64,000 nucleotides of DNA from Candidatus Hydrothermarchaeum profundi. Lineage in GTDB: Archaea; Hydrothermarchaeota; Hydrothermarchaeia; Hydrothermarchaeales; Hydrothermarchaeaceae. A model generated the notes under the pieces. The model saw only the letters and a list, made by a program, of their open reading frames with translations, had not been told where the DNA came from and ran no database searches. Shown here in pieces: positions 47,079-56,192 of this stretch. Position numbers and translations under genes: made by a program. The stretch is from the NCBI GenBank assembly GCA_002011125.2, contig MTMF02000009.1:1704989-1768988 (forward strand), read 5' to 3'. How positions within the stretch are numbered: the stretch's first letter is position 1; every line of letters starts with the position of its first letter.

Positions 47079-49484
47079 CTATTTAAAAGTTGGTGTGTAC
47101 CTCTTAAGAAGAAGAGAATTAGTAACCACTGACACAGAACTCATAGCCATGGCCGCAGCAGCAATTGCAGGGTGTAATAAAATACCCCAGAACGGGTAAA
47201 GCGCTCCAGCCGCCACCGGGATCCCTAGAGTGTTATAGAAGAACGCCCAGAAGAGGTTCTGCTTTATTTTAGTTATCGTCTTCTTGCTAAGCTTAATAGC
47301 CTTAACCACATCTCTAAGATCATCTTTTATAAGCACAATACCCCCTGCCTCTATCGCGACATCAGTCCCCGATCCAATGGCGATGCCAATATCAGCCTGA
47401 GCTAAAGCTGGAGCATCATTTATGCCATCACCTACCATGCCGACGAACCTGCCTTCCTCCTGTAACTTTTTAATCTCTCTCGCCTTATCCTCCGGTAATA
47501 CCTCTGCTAGAACCCTCTCTATTCCCAGTTGAGCGGCTATAGCTCTAGCAGTCCTCTCGTTATCCCCGGTAATCATTATAACCTCTATGCCCATTTTCTT
47601 CAACTCACTTACTGCCTCTTTAGAATACTCTTTCAGGGTATCTGCTACCGCTACAATACCTACAGCTTTATTATCAGTTGCAATTAGCATGGCTGTTTTA
47701 CCCTCGCTCTCCAGTCTACTCATCTTCTCCTCTAGATGCTCGAACTCAATGCCGTTGTCTTTAAATAGCTTCCTTGTCCCTAACAGTATACGTTTACCAT
47801 TGTAATTAGCCTCAACTCCATGTCCGGGTATAGCAAAGAATTCTTCAGGATCTTCAACCTCTAGCCCCTTATCTCTTGCTCCCCTAACTATAGCTTCGCC
47901 CAAGGGATGCTCTGAGCCTACCTCTGCGATAGCCGCTAACCTCAACACCTCGTTTTCATCAAACCCATCAATAGATATAACATCTGTAAGAGAGGGCTTT
48001 CCTTTAGTAAGTGTGCCAGTCTTATCAAGTACAATTGTATCCATCTTATATGCGTTCTCCAGCTGCTCGCCTCCTTTGATTAGAATCCCGCTCTCTGCTC
48101 CTTTGCCAGTGCCCACCATAATCGCCGTCGGAGTAGCGAGTCCCAATGCGCATGGACATGCGATAACTAAAACCGCAATCATTGTGGAGAAGGCGAATAT
48201 GAAGTACTTATCCCCAATAAAATACCATGCCAAAAATGTTAGAACCGCTATGCCTATCACCACCGGAACGAAAACCCCTGCGACTTTGTCAGCCAATCTT
48301 TGGATAGGAGCCTTAGTTCCCTGAGCCTCTTCGACCAACCTAATTATCTGCGCTAAGGCCGTATCTGATCCGACCTTTTCAGCCCTAAATTTGAAAGTAC
48401 CAAACTTATTTATCGTAGCTCCTATAACCTTATCTCCCACCTTCTTCTCTACAGGTATTGATTCACCGGTTAACATAGACTCATCAACAGTAGAATGGCC
48501 CTCCACTATGACTCCGTCTACGGGTATTTTCTCACCTGGTCTAACCACGATAATGTCCCCTACCTCCACCTCTTCAACCGGTATTTCCTTTTCAACTCCA
48601 TCTCTTATAACTCTCGCGGTCTTTGCTTGAAGTTCCATAAGCTTTTTTATAGCCTCGCTAGTACGCCCTTTCGCTATGGATTCCAGCATTCTACCCAAAA
48701 GTATGAATGCAATAATGAGGGAGGAGGTCTCATAATATACATGCCCTGGAAATATTCCCGGAAAGAAAGTTACACCAACGCTATAAAAATAAGCAGCCGA
48801 GGTACCCATAGCTATTAAAACATTCATGTCAGCGATCCTATTTCTAAGAGCGATGTAAGAACCCTTATAAAACTGATATCCGGCTATAAACTGAACTGGA
48901 GTAGCTAAAAGAAATTGTATAAAGGGATTTCGGAGTAAGGGGATACTTATTCCGATATAGCTTCCTACGCTCCCTATAAGTATAGGTATTGAGAGTGATA
49001 TCGCTAGAGCAAAGCTTCGCTTTTGTCTACTTATCTCTTCTTCTCTAGCAATCTTCTCAACATCCTCCTCTAAAACCTTAAACCCTCTCTTCTCTAAAGC
49101 TCTTCTAACTATCGTAAAATCTAGGGTAGGTAAGAACTCGACCATGATACTTTGAGCACTTAGATTAGACACAGCCTTTACGACTCCCTCAACACCCATT
49201 GCAGCTTCTTCTATTTTAGCTGCAGATGCTGAGTCTACCATTCCTTCAACCTTGAGCCGGGCTTTCCTAGTGGGTACACTATATCCCACCTCTCTGACCT
49301 TCTCTATTAGCTGTAGGAGATCTACCTTGCCTTCATCGTATTCAACAGTAGCATTTTCAGCACTAAGATTGACATTAGCCGAGCTAACCCCCTCCACCTT
49401 TGAGAGCGCTTTTTCTATAGTTTGAACGCATGTTGCACAATGCATCCCAATTATTGGCAAGATTACCTTTTTCATTTCCATCAC
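47079..49484 (-). CDS. copA: Cu(I)-exporting P1B-1 ATPase
   Basis: [34 protein letters not shown] and MAMSS. Confidence 0.95.
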   Translation of the reverse strand: MMEMKKVILPIIGMHCATCVQTIEKALSKVEGVSSANVNLSAENATVEYDEGKVDLLQLIEKVREVGYSVPTRKARLKVEGMVDSASAAKIEEAAMGVEGVVKAVSNLSAQSIMVEFLPTLDFTIVRRALEKRGFKVLEEDVEKIAREEEISRQKRSFALAISLSIPILIGSVGSYIGISIPLLRNPFIQFLLATPVQFIAGYQFYKGSYIALRNRIADMNVLIAMGTSAAYFYSVGVTFFPGIFPGHVYYETSSLIIAFILLGRMLESIAKGRTSEAIKKLMELQAKTARVIRDGVEKEIPVEEVEVGDIIVVRPGEKIPVDGVIVEGHSTVDESMLTGESIPVEKKVGDKVIGATINKFGTFKFRAEKVGSDTALAQIIRLVEEAQGTKAPIQRLADKVAGVFVPVVIGIAVLTFLAWYFIGDKYFIFAFSTMIAVLVIACPCALGLATPTAIMVGTGKGAESGILIKGGEQLENAYKMDTIVLDKTGTLTKGKPSLTDVISIDGFDENEVLRLAAIAEVGSEHPLGEAIVRGARDKGLEVEDPEEFFAIPGHGVEANYNGKRILLGTRKLFKDNGIEFEHLEEKMSRLESEGKTAMLIATDNKAVGIVAVADTLKEYSKEAVSELKKMGIEVIMITGDNERTARAIAAQLGIERVLAEVLPEDKAREIKKLQEEGRFVGMVGDGINDAPALAQADIGIAIGSGTDVAIEAGGIVLIKDDLRDVVKAIKLSKKTITKIKQNLFWAFFYNTLGIPVAAGALYPFWGILLHPAIAAAAMAMSSVSVVTNSLLLKRYTPTFK

Positions 49485-49514
49485 TCAATAATGCAAATTC
49501 TTTCTAAATATGAA

Positions 49515-49619
49515 TAATATAACTTATTATATTACTTAACATCGCTATTTTATATGTTTTATTTACTTTACTGCTCCAAAAGCGAAAGATATTTATTGAA
49601 AAAATAACCATTTTGGAAA
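49515..49619. promoter_or_regulatory. divergent copA/copR control region with palindromes
   Basis: taatataa-ctta-ttatatta at 49515-49534; taaccattttggaaa at 49605-49619. Confidence 0.4.
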
Positions 49620-49632
49620 AAGGTGATGAAGT

Positions 49633-50220
49633 ATGCATCTTGACATGATAGATCTAGAAATAATAAGAATCCTACAATCTAACGCCCGAACCCCTGTCCT
49701 CGAGATCTCTAAGAAGCTTGGACTAAGCAGACCTACTATTAAATCAAGAATCGATAAACTCAGAGAGGAGGGAGTAATTAAAAAATTTACAATTGTAATA
49801 GACCGCGACGCTGTAGTTAAGAACATTCTCCTACTCCTTAGGATGAAGATAGATGACAATAGAATACTAGAATCACTTAAAGACGAGGAAGAGATAATAG
49901 AGATATACGAAACGATGAACGAGAAGAATATAGTATGCAAAGCTGTTGTCAGGGACATCGACGAGCTTAGAGAATTCATGGATAAACTTAACAAGATGGG
50001 GGTTAAAGAAGTGGAGTCTTCCATTGTTCTTAAAACCCTCAAGGAAGAACACGAGGCAGACATAGGGCCTGAGATAGGCATTACTGTTGAATGCGAATAC
50101 TGCGGCAAGGAGATAACAGGCACTCCATATAAGTTTAAAATATACAATAAAGAACATTATCTCTGTTGCCCAGTATGCTTGAAAAGTTATAAGAAAAAAA
50201 TGAGCTACGCAAAAAATTAA
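49633..50220 (+). CDS. copR: copper-responsive regulator (Lrp/AsnC HTH plus TRASH)
   Basis: Lrp HTH, C-terminal CEYC...LCCPVC; divergent from copA. Confidence 0.88.
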   Translation: MHLDMIDLEIIRILQSNARTPVLEISKKLGLSRPTIKSRIDKLREEGVIKKFTIVIDRDAVVKNILLLLRMKIDDNRILESLKDEEEIIEIYETMNEKNIVCKAVVRDIDELREFMDKLNKMGVKEVESSIVLKTLKEEHEADIGPEIGITVECEYCGKEITGTPYKFKIYNKEHYLCCPVCLKSYKKKMSYAKN

Positions 50221-51422
50221 GACTCATGCATCGTAGGCCTAGAATAATTTGACACTCTTAGCTCAGATAGCACTACTCTATTGTCCCATGTCTTTTCTAA
50301 ATTGCCTGGCTGATATACACAGTAAGGGTCTTCAGCAAGATAATCACCTGTTAGGGCATATGCCCTGGACCTACTCCCCCTACAGATATCGTTGAATTCA
50401 CATACCCTACATCGCCCCTTAAGCTTCTCAGGGTTTTGCATATCTTTCAAAATCTTGGAACTCCTGTATATTTCAACTAAGTTTCCATATTTTACATTGC
50501 CAATTCCGATAGGTAAGAAGCTGCTAGGGAACACCTCTCCCCTATTTGAAACGAAAATACCCTTCCCATAGCTCTTATCTTTATGCTTAACAGCTTCATT
50601 CTCTCTAGCATTTGAGGTAGGAAAATAACTTTCCCTCAGCCTTTTTTTCAGGTATCTATAAAGCTTACCATGTTTAATTATCCCTTCATCAACTTCTCCC
50701 TCCTCAATCTTTCTTCTCAGTACTGCTACTCTCCTATAAGGCTCGCTCCCTGCTATCGCGTTTATGGGGATATTCGAGACTTTCATAGCGTCGTATATAA
50801 AGTTGAAAACATCTTCATATTCCTGAGGAGTAAGGGCGTATTCTTCCTTAGCTCTCCCAGTAGGTATCAGCATATATAGATACCATCCAACCGCACCCAA
50901 CTTTTCACTTAAAGACAATATCTCCGGCAATTCCTTAGCATTAAATTTAGACACCGTAGTCATAAGCCGAAATGGTAACTTGATCTCTCGCATATATTTG
51001 ACGGCTTTTACCATAATGTTAAAGGTACCCTTTACCCCTCTGAAAGAGTCATGTAACTCTGCGTTAGGGCCGTCGATACTCATCGCCACTACTTCTACAC
51101 CTGAGTCCTTTAACCTCCTTAAGTTTTCCCGGTGCAAGAGAGGGGTCGTACTTGGAGCAATGGTAACTCTGACTCCTAGGTCTCTGGCATATCTAATGAT
51201 CTTAAAAATATCACTACGTAAAAGGGCATTCCCCCCTGTGATCCTCAAAATTGGGTATTCCCTGCCGAATTCCACCATTTGATCTACTAGCCGATATGCC
51301 TCGGTAGTAGTAAGTTCATCCCTATCTGGGTTCTTTTTTGCCGATGCTTTGCAGTGCTTACACGCTAACCCACAGGCTATAGTGGATTCCCACATTATAG
51401 ATACAGGATTTAAGATTTTCAT
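50217..51422 (-). CDS. radical SAM/SPASM protein, AhbD/NirJ-like
   Basis: WESTIACGLACKHC, TGG, LKGRCRVCEF..ICRGSRSRAYA..GD....DPYC. Confidence 0.85.
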   Translation of the reverse strand: MKILNPVSIMWESTIACGLACKHCKASAKKNPDRDELTTTEAYRLVDQMVEFGREYPILRITGGNALLRSDIFKIIRYARDLGVRVTIAPSTTPLLHRENLRRLKDSGVEVVAMSIDGPNAELHDSFRGVKGTFNIMVKAVKYMREIKLPFRLMTTVSKFNAKELPEILSLSEKLGAVGWYLYMLIPTGRAKEEYALTPQEYEDVFNFIYDAMKVSNIPINAIAGSEPYRRVAVLRRKIEEGEVDEGIIKHGKLYRYLKKRLRESYFPTSNARENEAVKHKDKSYGKGIFVSNRGEVFPSSFLPIGIGNVKYGNLVEIYRSSKILKDMQNPEKLKGRCRVCEFNDICRGSRSRAYALTGDYLAEDPYCVYQPGNLEKTWDNRVVLSELRVSNYSRPTMHES

Positions 51423-51925
51423 CTTCCCATACGCTTTTTATTTTCATTTTCTAAAAGGCCTACCATCTCGAGATACTTTTCTTTATCTTTACTCGCAAAG
51501 GCAACTTCCTTATAATCGCTTATGGACACTTCGATTAGCGATTTTATTTAGCCGAAACTCTGCCTTATTTTGCTAAAGCGAAGTCTTCTAATTGCCTTTT
51601 GAAAAGCCTGTTACTCTCTTCTAATTAGAGAGTCTATATCCCCACATTTACTACAATTGACTTGATATATATCCTTTAAGATTACCTATTTGTAGTGCTA
51701 TTTTTTTCTAATCTATATGACGCTCTTTGCTAAGTTTTTTAAGTGGCAGGAATTTTACTTTGTTTAAATCATTCTCCATCGTAATCGCACATATACCTAG
51801 TGAAAAATAAAACCAATCCCAATTATTTTTAGGTAATAACTTTAATTTAATCTCATCTTCCCTTTTTTTCATAGTTAAATATATACATTTACATTTTAAT
51901 ATAGTTATTGCAAATACATGTTAAA

Positions 51926-52735
51926 TTAATGCATAGATAGGTCTATTATATCAAAAGTTATACCCTCGTCTTCAAGCTTCTTTAATAACTCAGGTATCTC
52001 ATCGTCAGCTCCAACGACTATAGGCGAGATTCCATGATGACTAGCTTCAATTACTGCCTCTTTTGCTCCAAAAAAAGCTTTTGGCCTTTTATTAATATTT
52101 TTTAAGGATATAAGAGCTTCCACTCCAATGGCGCAAGTGAAATTGCTCCTTTTTACTACTTTTTTTAGCTTATCATAGTCTACATTCCTAGACCCCCCCT
52201 CCTCTATCCTGGGTATTCTAAAAATTTTTACTGTACCTTTTTTTAGCTCGATAATTCCTTTTAAAGATTCTACGCCAACATCCTGTCCTTTTTTAGCGGC
52301 ATGAATTGTAGTTCCAGTGGCTTTGGAATCCTTATCACCCGCGTAGAGAAGGCCATTTTCCATCCAAAGATTTACCTTTTGATTTTCTATCAAATCTTGA
52401 GCAGCAATAGCTGTGAACACTCTTACATCGCTAACCACATCTTCCAAAACAAATCTGAGATAGCTCTTTATCTCTTGGGCTCCTTTTATTATCTCTTCAA
52501 CCCCTCTCTGAGTAACTCGGTAGTTTAAAGGTCCTTCAGATAACACCATGCCTTCCTTTAACAGCTGCTTGAAATATTCTGATACCGCCTGAGGCGTTAT
52601 ATTAAGCTTGTCCGCTATATCTGCCTGTCTAACATTAGGTTGATTGGCAGCGATTTCAACCAAGATTTGAAATTTAGTGTTGATCATGCCTTCCAAATTC
52701 CTACGCTTCCTTGACATAAAATTAAATTTATACAA
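51926..52735 (-). CDS. archaeal winged-helix transcriptional regulator (COG1497-like)
   Basis: QILVEIA..QP.VRQ.DIA..L.ITPQAVSEY, EGGSR, GVEAL. Confidence 0.8.
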   Translation of the reverse strand: MYKFNFMSRKRRNLEGMINTKFQILVEIAANQPNVRQADIADKLNITPQAVSEYFKQLLKEGMVLSEGPLNYRVTQRGVEEIIKGAQEIKSYLRFVLEDVVSDVRVFTAIAAQDLIENQKVNLWMENGLLYAGDKDSKATGTTIHAAKKGQDVGVESLKGIIELKKGTVKIFRIPRIEEGGSRNVDYDKLKKVVKRSNFTCAIGVEALISLKNINKRPKAFFGAKEAVIEASHHGISPIVVGADDEIPELLKKLEDEGITFDIIDLSMH

Positions 52736-52870
52736 ATCAATTTAAATAGATTTTCCAGAGAAAAATATATGTAAAATTACGTATTATATAAGACAAAAAT
52801 ACAAAAAGAAGCTAAATTATGCTTTAATAAAGAAATATTGATTATATAGTAAAGTATTATTGAGAAAAAA

Positions 52871-52921
52871 TTTAAATATAACCTGTTTTGTCTCATTCAT
52901 TTTGTGAAAAAATGGAGGTGA
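52871..52921 (+). promoter_or_regulatory. TATA box and RBS of cbpA-cbpB
   Basis: GAGAAAAAA-TTTAAATATA at 52862-52880; GGAGGTGA at 52914-52921. Confidence 0.6.
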
Positions 52922-52926
52922 TTGGA

Positions 52927-53043
52927 TTGAAAACGCAGGAAAGAAATGTTATATCAATTCGACTTGACTGTGCAACTTCAGCCAACGGTCTATCCCACTA
53001 TATAATCTATGGAGACCTTCCAAAAGGTAAAGCTCCACTATAA
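52927..53043 (+). CDS. cbpA: CbpA-like modified-peptide precursor (38 aa); not in ORF track
   Basis: TTG start 5 nt after GGAGGTGA; MKTQERNVISIRLDCATSANGLSHYIIYGDLPKGKAPL with R..C.....GLSHYI; 23 nt before the radical SAM gene. Confidence 0.85.
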   Translation: MKTQERNVISIRLDCATSANGLSHYIIYGDLPKGKAPL

Positions 53044-53066
53044 ATTAACTGAGGTCGGGGAAGATT

Positions 53067-54428
53067 ATGCACTATAATACAGGGAGTAATCCACGAGTAA
53101 CCTTCTGTGATATAGATTCCAATTGGAACCTAGCAATAGACCCAGATACAATGTTCTGGGCCTTAATTTCAAAAAACAAAGATCTAGACGTAGTTCTCAG
53201 TGACGAAGTATTTCCTATGTACGAGAAATACCGAGAAGAACTCGCTAATGAAATGAATAAGTTCAGATTCGAAACCAACCTAAGTGCGGTATATGTTAAC
53301 CCAACCGACAGATGCAATGCAAACTGCACTTACTGCTACCTCCCTAAGAACCATAAGGAAAGAGGCCTTCAGATGAATGGCGAGCAACTTCGAGAAACTA
53401 TGACCAGAATTGAAGAACATTTCAATGAGAACAGGCTTAATGGGAGAAAACCAGTAATAGTATTTCACGGAAGCGAACCATTATTAGTTAAGGACCTCCT
53501 AGAGCAGACGATAGAAGAATTTCGAGATACATTCCACTTCGGCATCCAGAGCAATGCATTAGAGCTGGAGGAAGACGACACAGAATTCATCAGGAGATAC
53601 GGAATAAACATTGGAATATCCCTTGATTCTCATATCCAAGAGATAAACGACTCAGTTCGCAGAGTGGCAGGAAATAGCGGAACCTATGAGAAAGCGGTGA
53701 AAGCAATAGACATGCTAGAAGGGTATGAAGGTCTGAATGTCGTTACAACTATCACAAATCGTAACGTAAAACATCTCCCCGGCCTAGTCGAGTTTCTTTA
53801 TAATAAAAAGGTACCAGCTATACTTATGAATCCTGTCAGGGGCACTCAGAAGTCCGCAAGACAGCTTCGCCCAGAATCAAAAGATTTAACAAAATATTTC
53901 ATCGCTGCAGTAGAAAAGGCATGCGAGCTGTCAAAGAAGGATGGGAGGCAGATAATTATAGGAGACTTCGCTAATATCCTATTAGGAATAGTAGCGCCCC
54001 TCGGCAGAAGATTGATGTGTGATATCACGCCCTGTGGAGGGGGGCGATGTTTCTTTGCAATAACCGCTGATGGACGTATGTTCCCTTGTGGAGAGTTTAT
54101 AGATATGACGGAGTTCTACGCAGGAAATATCTTCAAAACCCCTATATCAGAGGCAATGGAATCAAAAGCTTTTAAGAATGTGAGGTCAAGAATCGTAGAG
54201 AAGATAGAATACTGCAGTACCTGCGCTTTTAGGAATATATGTGGCGCTCCATGTCCCGCAGAAGTTTACTCCGAGAAGGGAGATCTAAATCAGAGATCTC
54301 CTTACTGTGAATTCTATGAAGAACTCATTAGGTATGCGTTTAAAGTGATAGCCGAGGATAAGCTAAAGTATCACTTGAGAGAAGAAGCGCTGAATAGCCT
54401 AGAATACAAATATAGTCTCATAGCATAA
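53067..54428 (+). CDS. cbpB: peptide-modifying radical SAM/SPASM enzyme CbpB
   Basis: IDPDTMFWAL, NPTDRCNANCTYCY, FHGSEPL, LMCDITPCGGGRCF, C..CAFRNICGAPCPAE. Confidence 0.85.
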   Translation: MHYNTGSNPRVTFCDIDSNWNLAIDPDTMFWALISKNKDLDVVLSDEVFPMYEKYREELANEMNKFRFETNLSAVYVNPTDRCNANCTYCYLPKNHKERGLQMNGEQLRETMTRIEEHFNENRLNGRKPVIVFHGSEPLLVKDLLEQTIEEFRDTFHFGIQSNALELEEDDTEFIRRYGINIGISLDSHIQEINDSVRRVAGNSGTYEKAVKAIDMLEGYEGLNVVTTITNRNVKHLPGLVEFLYNKKVPAILMNPVRGTQKSARQLRPESKDLTKYFIAAVEKACELSKKDGRQIIIGDFANILLGIVAPLGRRLMCDITPCGGGRCFFAITADGRMFPCGEFIDMTEFYAGNIFKTPISEAMESKAFKNVRSRIVEKIEYCSTCAFRNICGAPCPAEVYSEKGDLNQRSPYCEFYEELIRYAFKVIAEDKLKYHLREEALNSLEYKYSLIA

Positions 54429-54526
54429 TACCTGTTTGCTAATCTCTGCACTCCTCAGGGAAAACGAAATATTTATATAACAGCACCCAGGCTAATCAAC
54501 ACTATCTAGCGGATGAGGTGATATGC

Positions 54527-54865
54527 TTGGCAAAATATCTTAAAGTAGGCGGCAAGAAACTTGAACTCGACGAAGACGGTTTCTTAGTGGACTGGGAACA
54601 GTGGGATGAAGAGGTTGCAAAGGCTTTCGCTAAGCAAGATGGAATTGAGTTGACTGACGAGCACTGGGAAATTATCCATTTCCTTAGAAAGTACTATCTA
54701 GAGTATAAGATAGCGCCTCCAATTAGAATGCTTGTAAAGGAGGTCAAAAAAGCACTAGGCCCCGAGAAAGGTAATCTAAAATATGTTTATAAGCTTTTCC
54801 CTGGCGGCCCTGCAAAGATGGCTTGCAAATATGCTGGACTACCAAAGCCAACTGGCTGCGTATAA
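54527..54865 (+). CDS. dsrC: DsrC/TusE sulfur carrier with both C-terminal Cys
   Basis: DEDGFL, LTDEHW, FPGGPAKMACKYAGLPKPTGCV; own TATA at about 54472; TTG start after GAGGTGA. Confidence 0.92.
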   Translation: MAKYLKVGGKKLELDEDGFLVDWEQWDEEVAKAFAKQDGIELTDEHWEIIHFLRKYYLEYKIAPPIRMLVKEVKKALGPEKGNLKYVYKLFPGGPAKMACKYAGLPKPTGCV

Positions 54866-54991
54866 AGAATAATATAACTACTTTTTTTTATCTATTTAGA
54901 AATCTATCAAATTAAGCCTAAAAAAATAATTGATTAGGCATATTTTTTATAAGAAAATTATTTATTATCTTTCAATTAGCTTATTTATTAA

Positions 54992-55444
54992 ATGAAAGTT
55001 AAAAAAATTTTGTTGCCATTAGAATCCTCTTTAAAAGCTTCACCAATAGGCCCTGCCTTCGAAATTGCTAAAAAAGGTAATACCGAAATTATAGCTCTCG
55101 ATATAGTGCCAATAAATTCCTCGGCCGGCTGGAATTATAAAGAAATTTTAAAACGTATGAAAAATAAAAAGTCAGAGCCCTTGTTAAATGAGCTTGAAGA
55201 ATGGGGAAAAAGGATAGGTGTAAAAGTAAAGAAGGTTATAGAGTCCGGGTCACCAACTAAAAAGATAATTGAAGTAGCTAAAAGAGAAAAAGTAGATCTT
55301 ATCATAATAGGCGAAACGAAGGGATTCCTTGGAGTAAATCCACATATGTATTTAATAATTAAAAAAGCCTGCTGCCCAGTATTAGTAATTGGAGAAAACA
55401 GCCGCAGAGTACCATGCAAAGCATGGAATATTGAATTCCCATAG
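54992..55444 (+). CDS. universal stress protein
   Basis: KKILLP, GSP..KI...A....VDLIIIG, CPVLVI. Confidence 0.85.
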   Translation: MKVKKILLPLESSLKASPIGPAFEIAKKGNTEIIALDIVPINSSAGWNYKEILKRMKNKKSEPLLNELEEWGKRIGVKVKKVIESGSPTKKIIEVAKREKVDLIIIGETKGFLGVNPHMYLIIKKACCPVLVIGENSRRVPCKAWNIEFP

Positions 55445-55500
55445 ATTAAATGCGGCTACTGCATCTACCTCTGAGAATGCAGCGGTAGACTTTCATAGTT

Positions 55501-55866
55501 TTAAAATTCAGTATCCGCTGAATTAGACTTTGCTTTAACTCTCTCTACTACCCTTAAAGCTCTATCTACGCAATTCTTTATTACCTTAGCGGGAGCAGGT
55601 CCTGGTACGCCTCTAACAGGTATACCCTTATAGAATATGATAATAGTAGGAGGCACATATACCCTCTTTTGTAGAACAAGTTCCCTCTCAGAATCATAAT
55701 CTACATAGACAGATTTTATTCTCCCTTCATATTCTGAGGAAACCTCCTTTAACAACTCCGCAACCTCAACGCAAGAAGGGCTCCAATCTGCCTTAAAAAA
55801 GACAAGTACAGGTATCTCAGATTCGGTTACCTCTTTATCCCAGTTTTCAAAATCAACTTTCCTCAT
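55501..55866 (-). CDS. thioredoxin-like protein, monothiol WSPSC
   Basis: NWDKEV..SEIPVLVFFKADWSPSC, VPPT; ATG 55866 preferred. Confidence 0.8.
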   Translation of the reverse strand: MRKVDFENWDKEVTESEIPVLVFFKADWSPSCVEVAELLKEVSSEYEGRIKSVYVDYDSERELVLQKRVYVPPTIIIFYKGIPVRGVPGPAPAKVIKNCVDRALRVVERVKAKSNSADTEF

Positions 55867-55873
55867 AGTAGTC

Positions 55874-56191
55874 TCAAAACACTGGCTGCTGTTTAGCTCC
55901 AACATAGGCATGACACTTATTACAGTAATCAGCTACCTCATGGCAATTTGCACATATTTCGATATCTACTTTCTTTGTTTCAGGCTCGAATAATTCAGTC
56001 ACCTTAGATGCAGTTTTTACGGTTCCTGTTGTAATACTCCCATGATTTGCCCTATACCAATCTAGCCCTCGCTCAGTATGGTACTTAGGGGGATTAACAT
56101 CCTCAGGCTTAGGCGGTTTCTCTATTATCCCCACACAGCCGCTGACAAGAAAGAAACAGATTATCATAATCAATAGCCTCATCTTCTCCAC
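55874..56191 (-). CDS. small diheme c-type cytochrome lipoprotein, DsrJ-like C-terminus
   Basis: lipobox-like VSGC; CANCH..YCNKCHAY. Confidence 0.75.
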   Translation of the reverse strand: MEKMRLLIMIICFFLVSGCVGIIEKPPKPEDVNPPKYHTERGLDWYRANHGSITTGTVKTASKVTELFEPETKKVDIEICANCHEVADYCNKCHAYVGAKQQPVF

Positions 56192-56192
56192 C

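Noticed and set aside
50217-51422. Second RiPP maturase
   Set aside because: Motifs fit the AhbD/NirJ-like heme-biosynthesis group and no convincing precursor was found.
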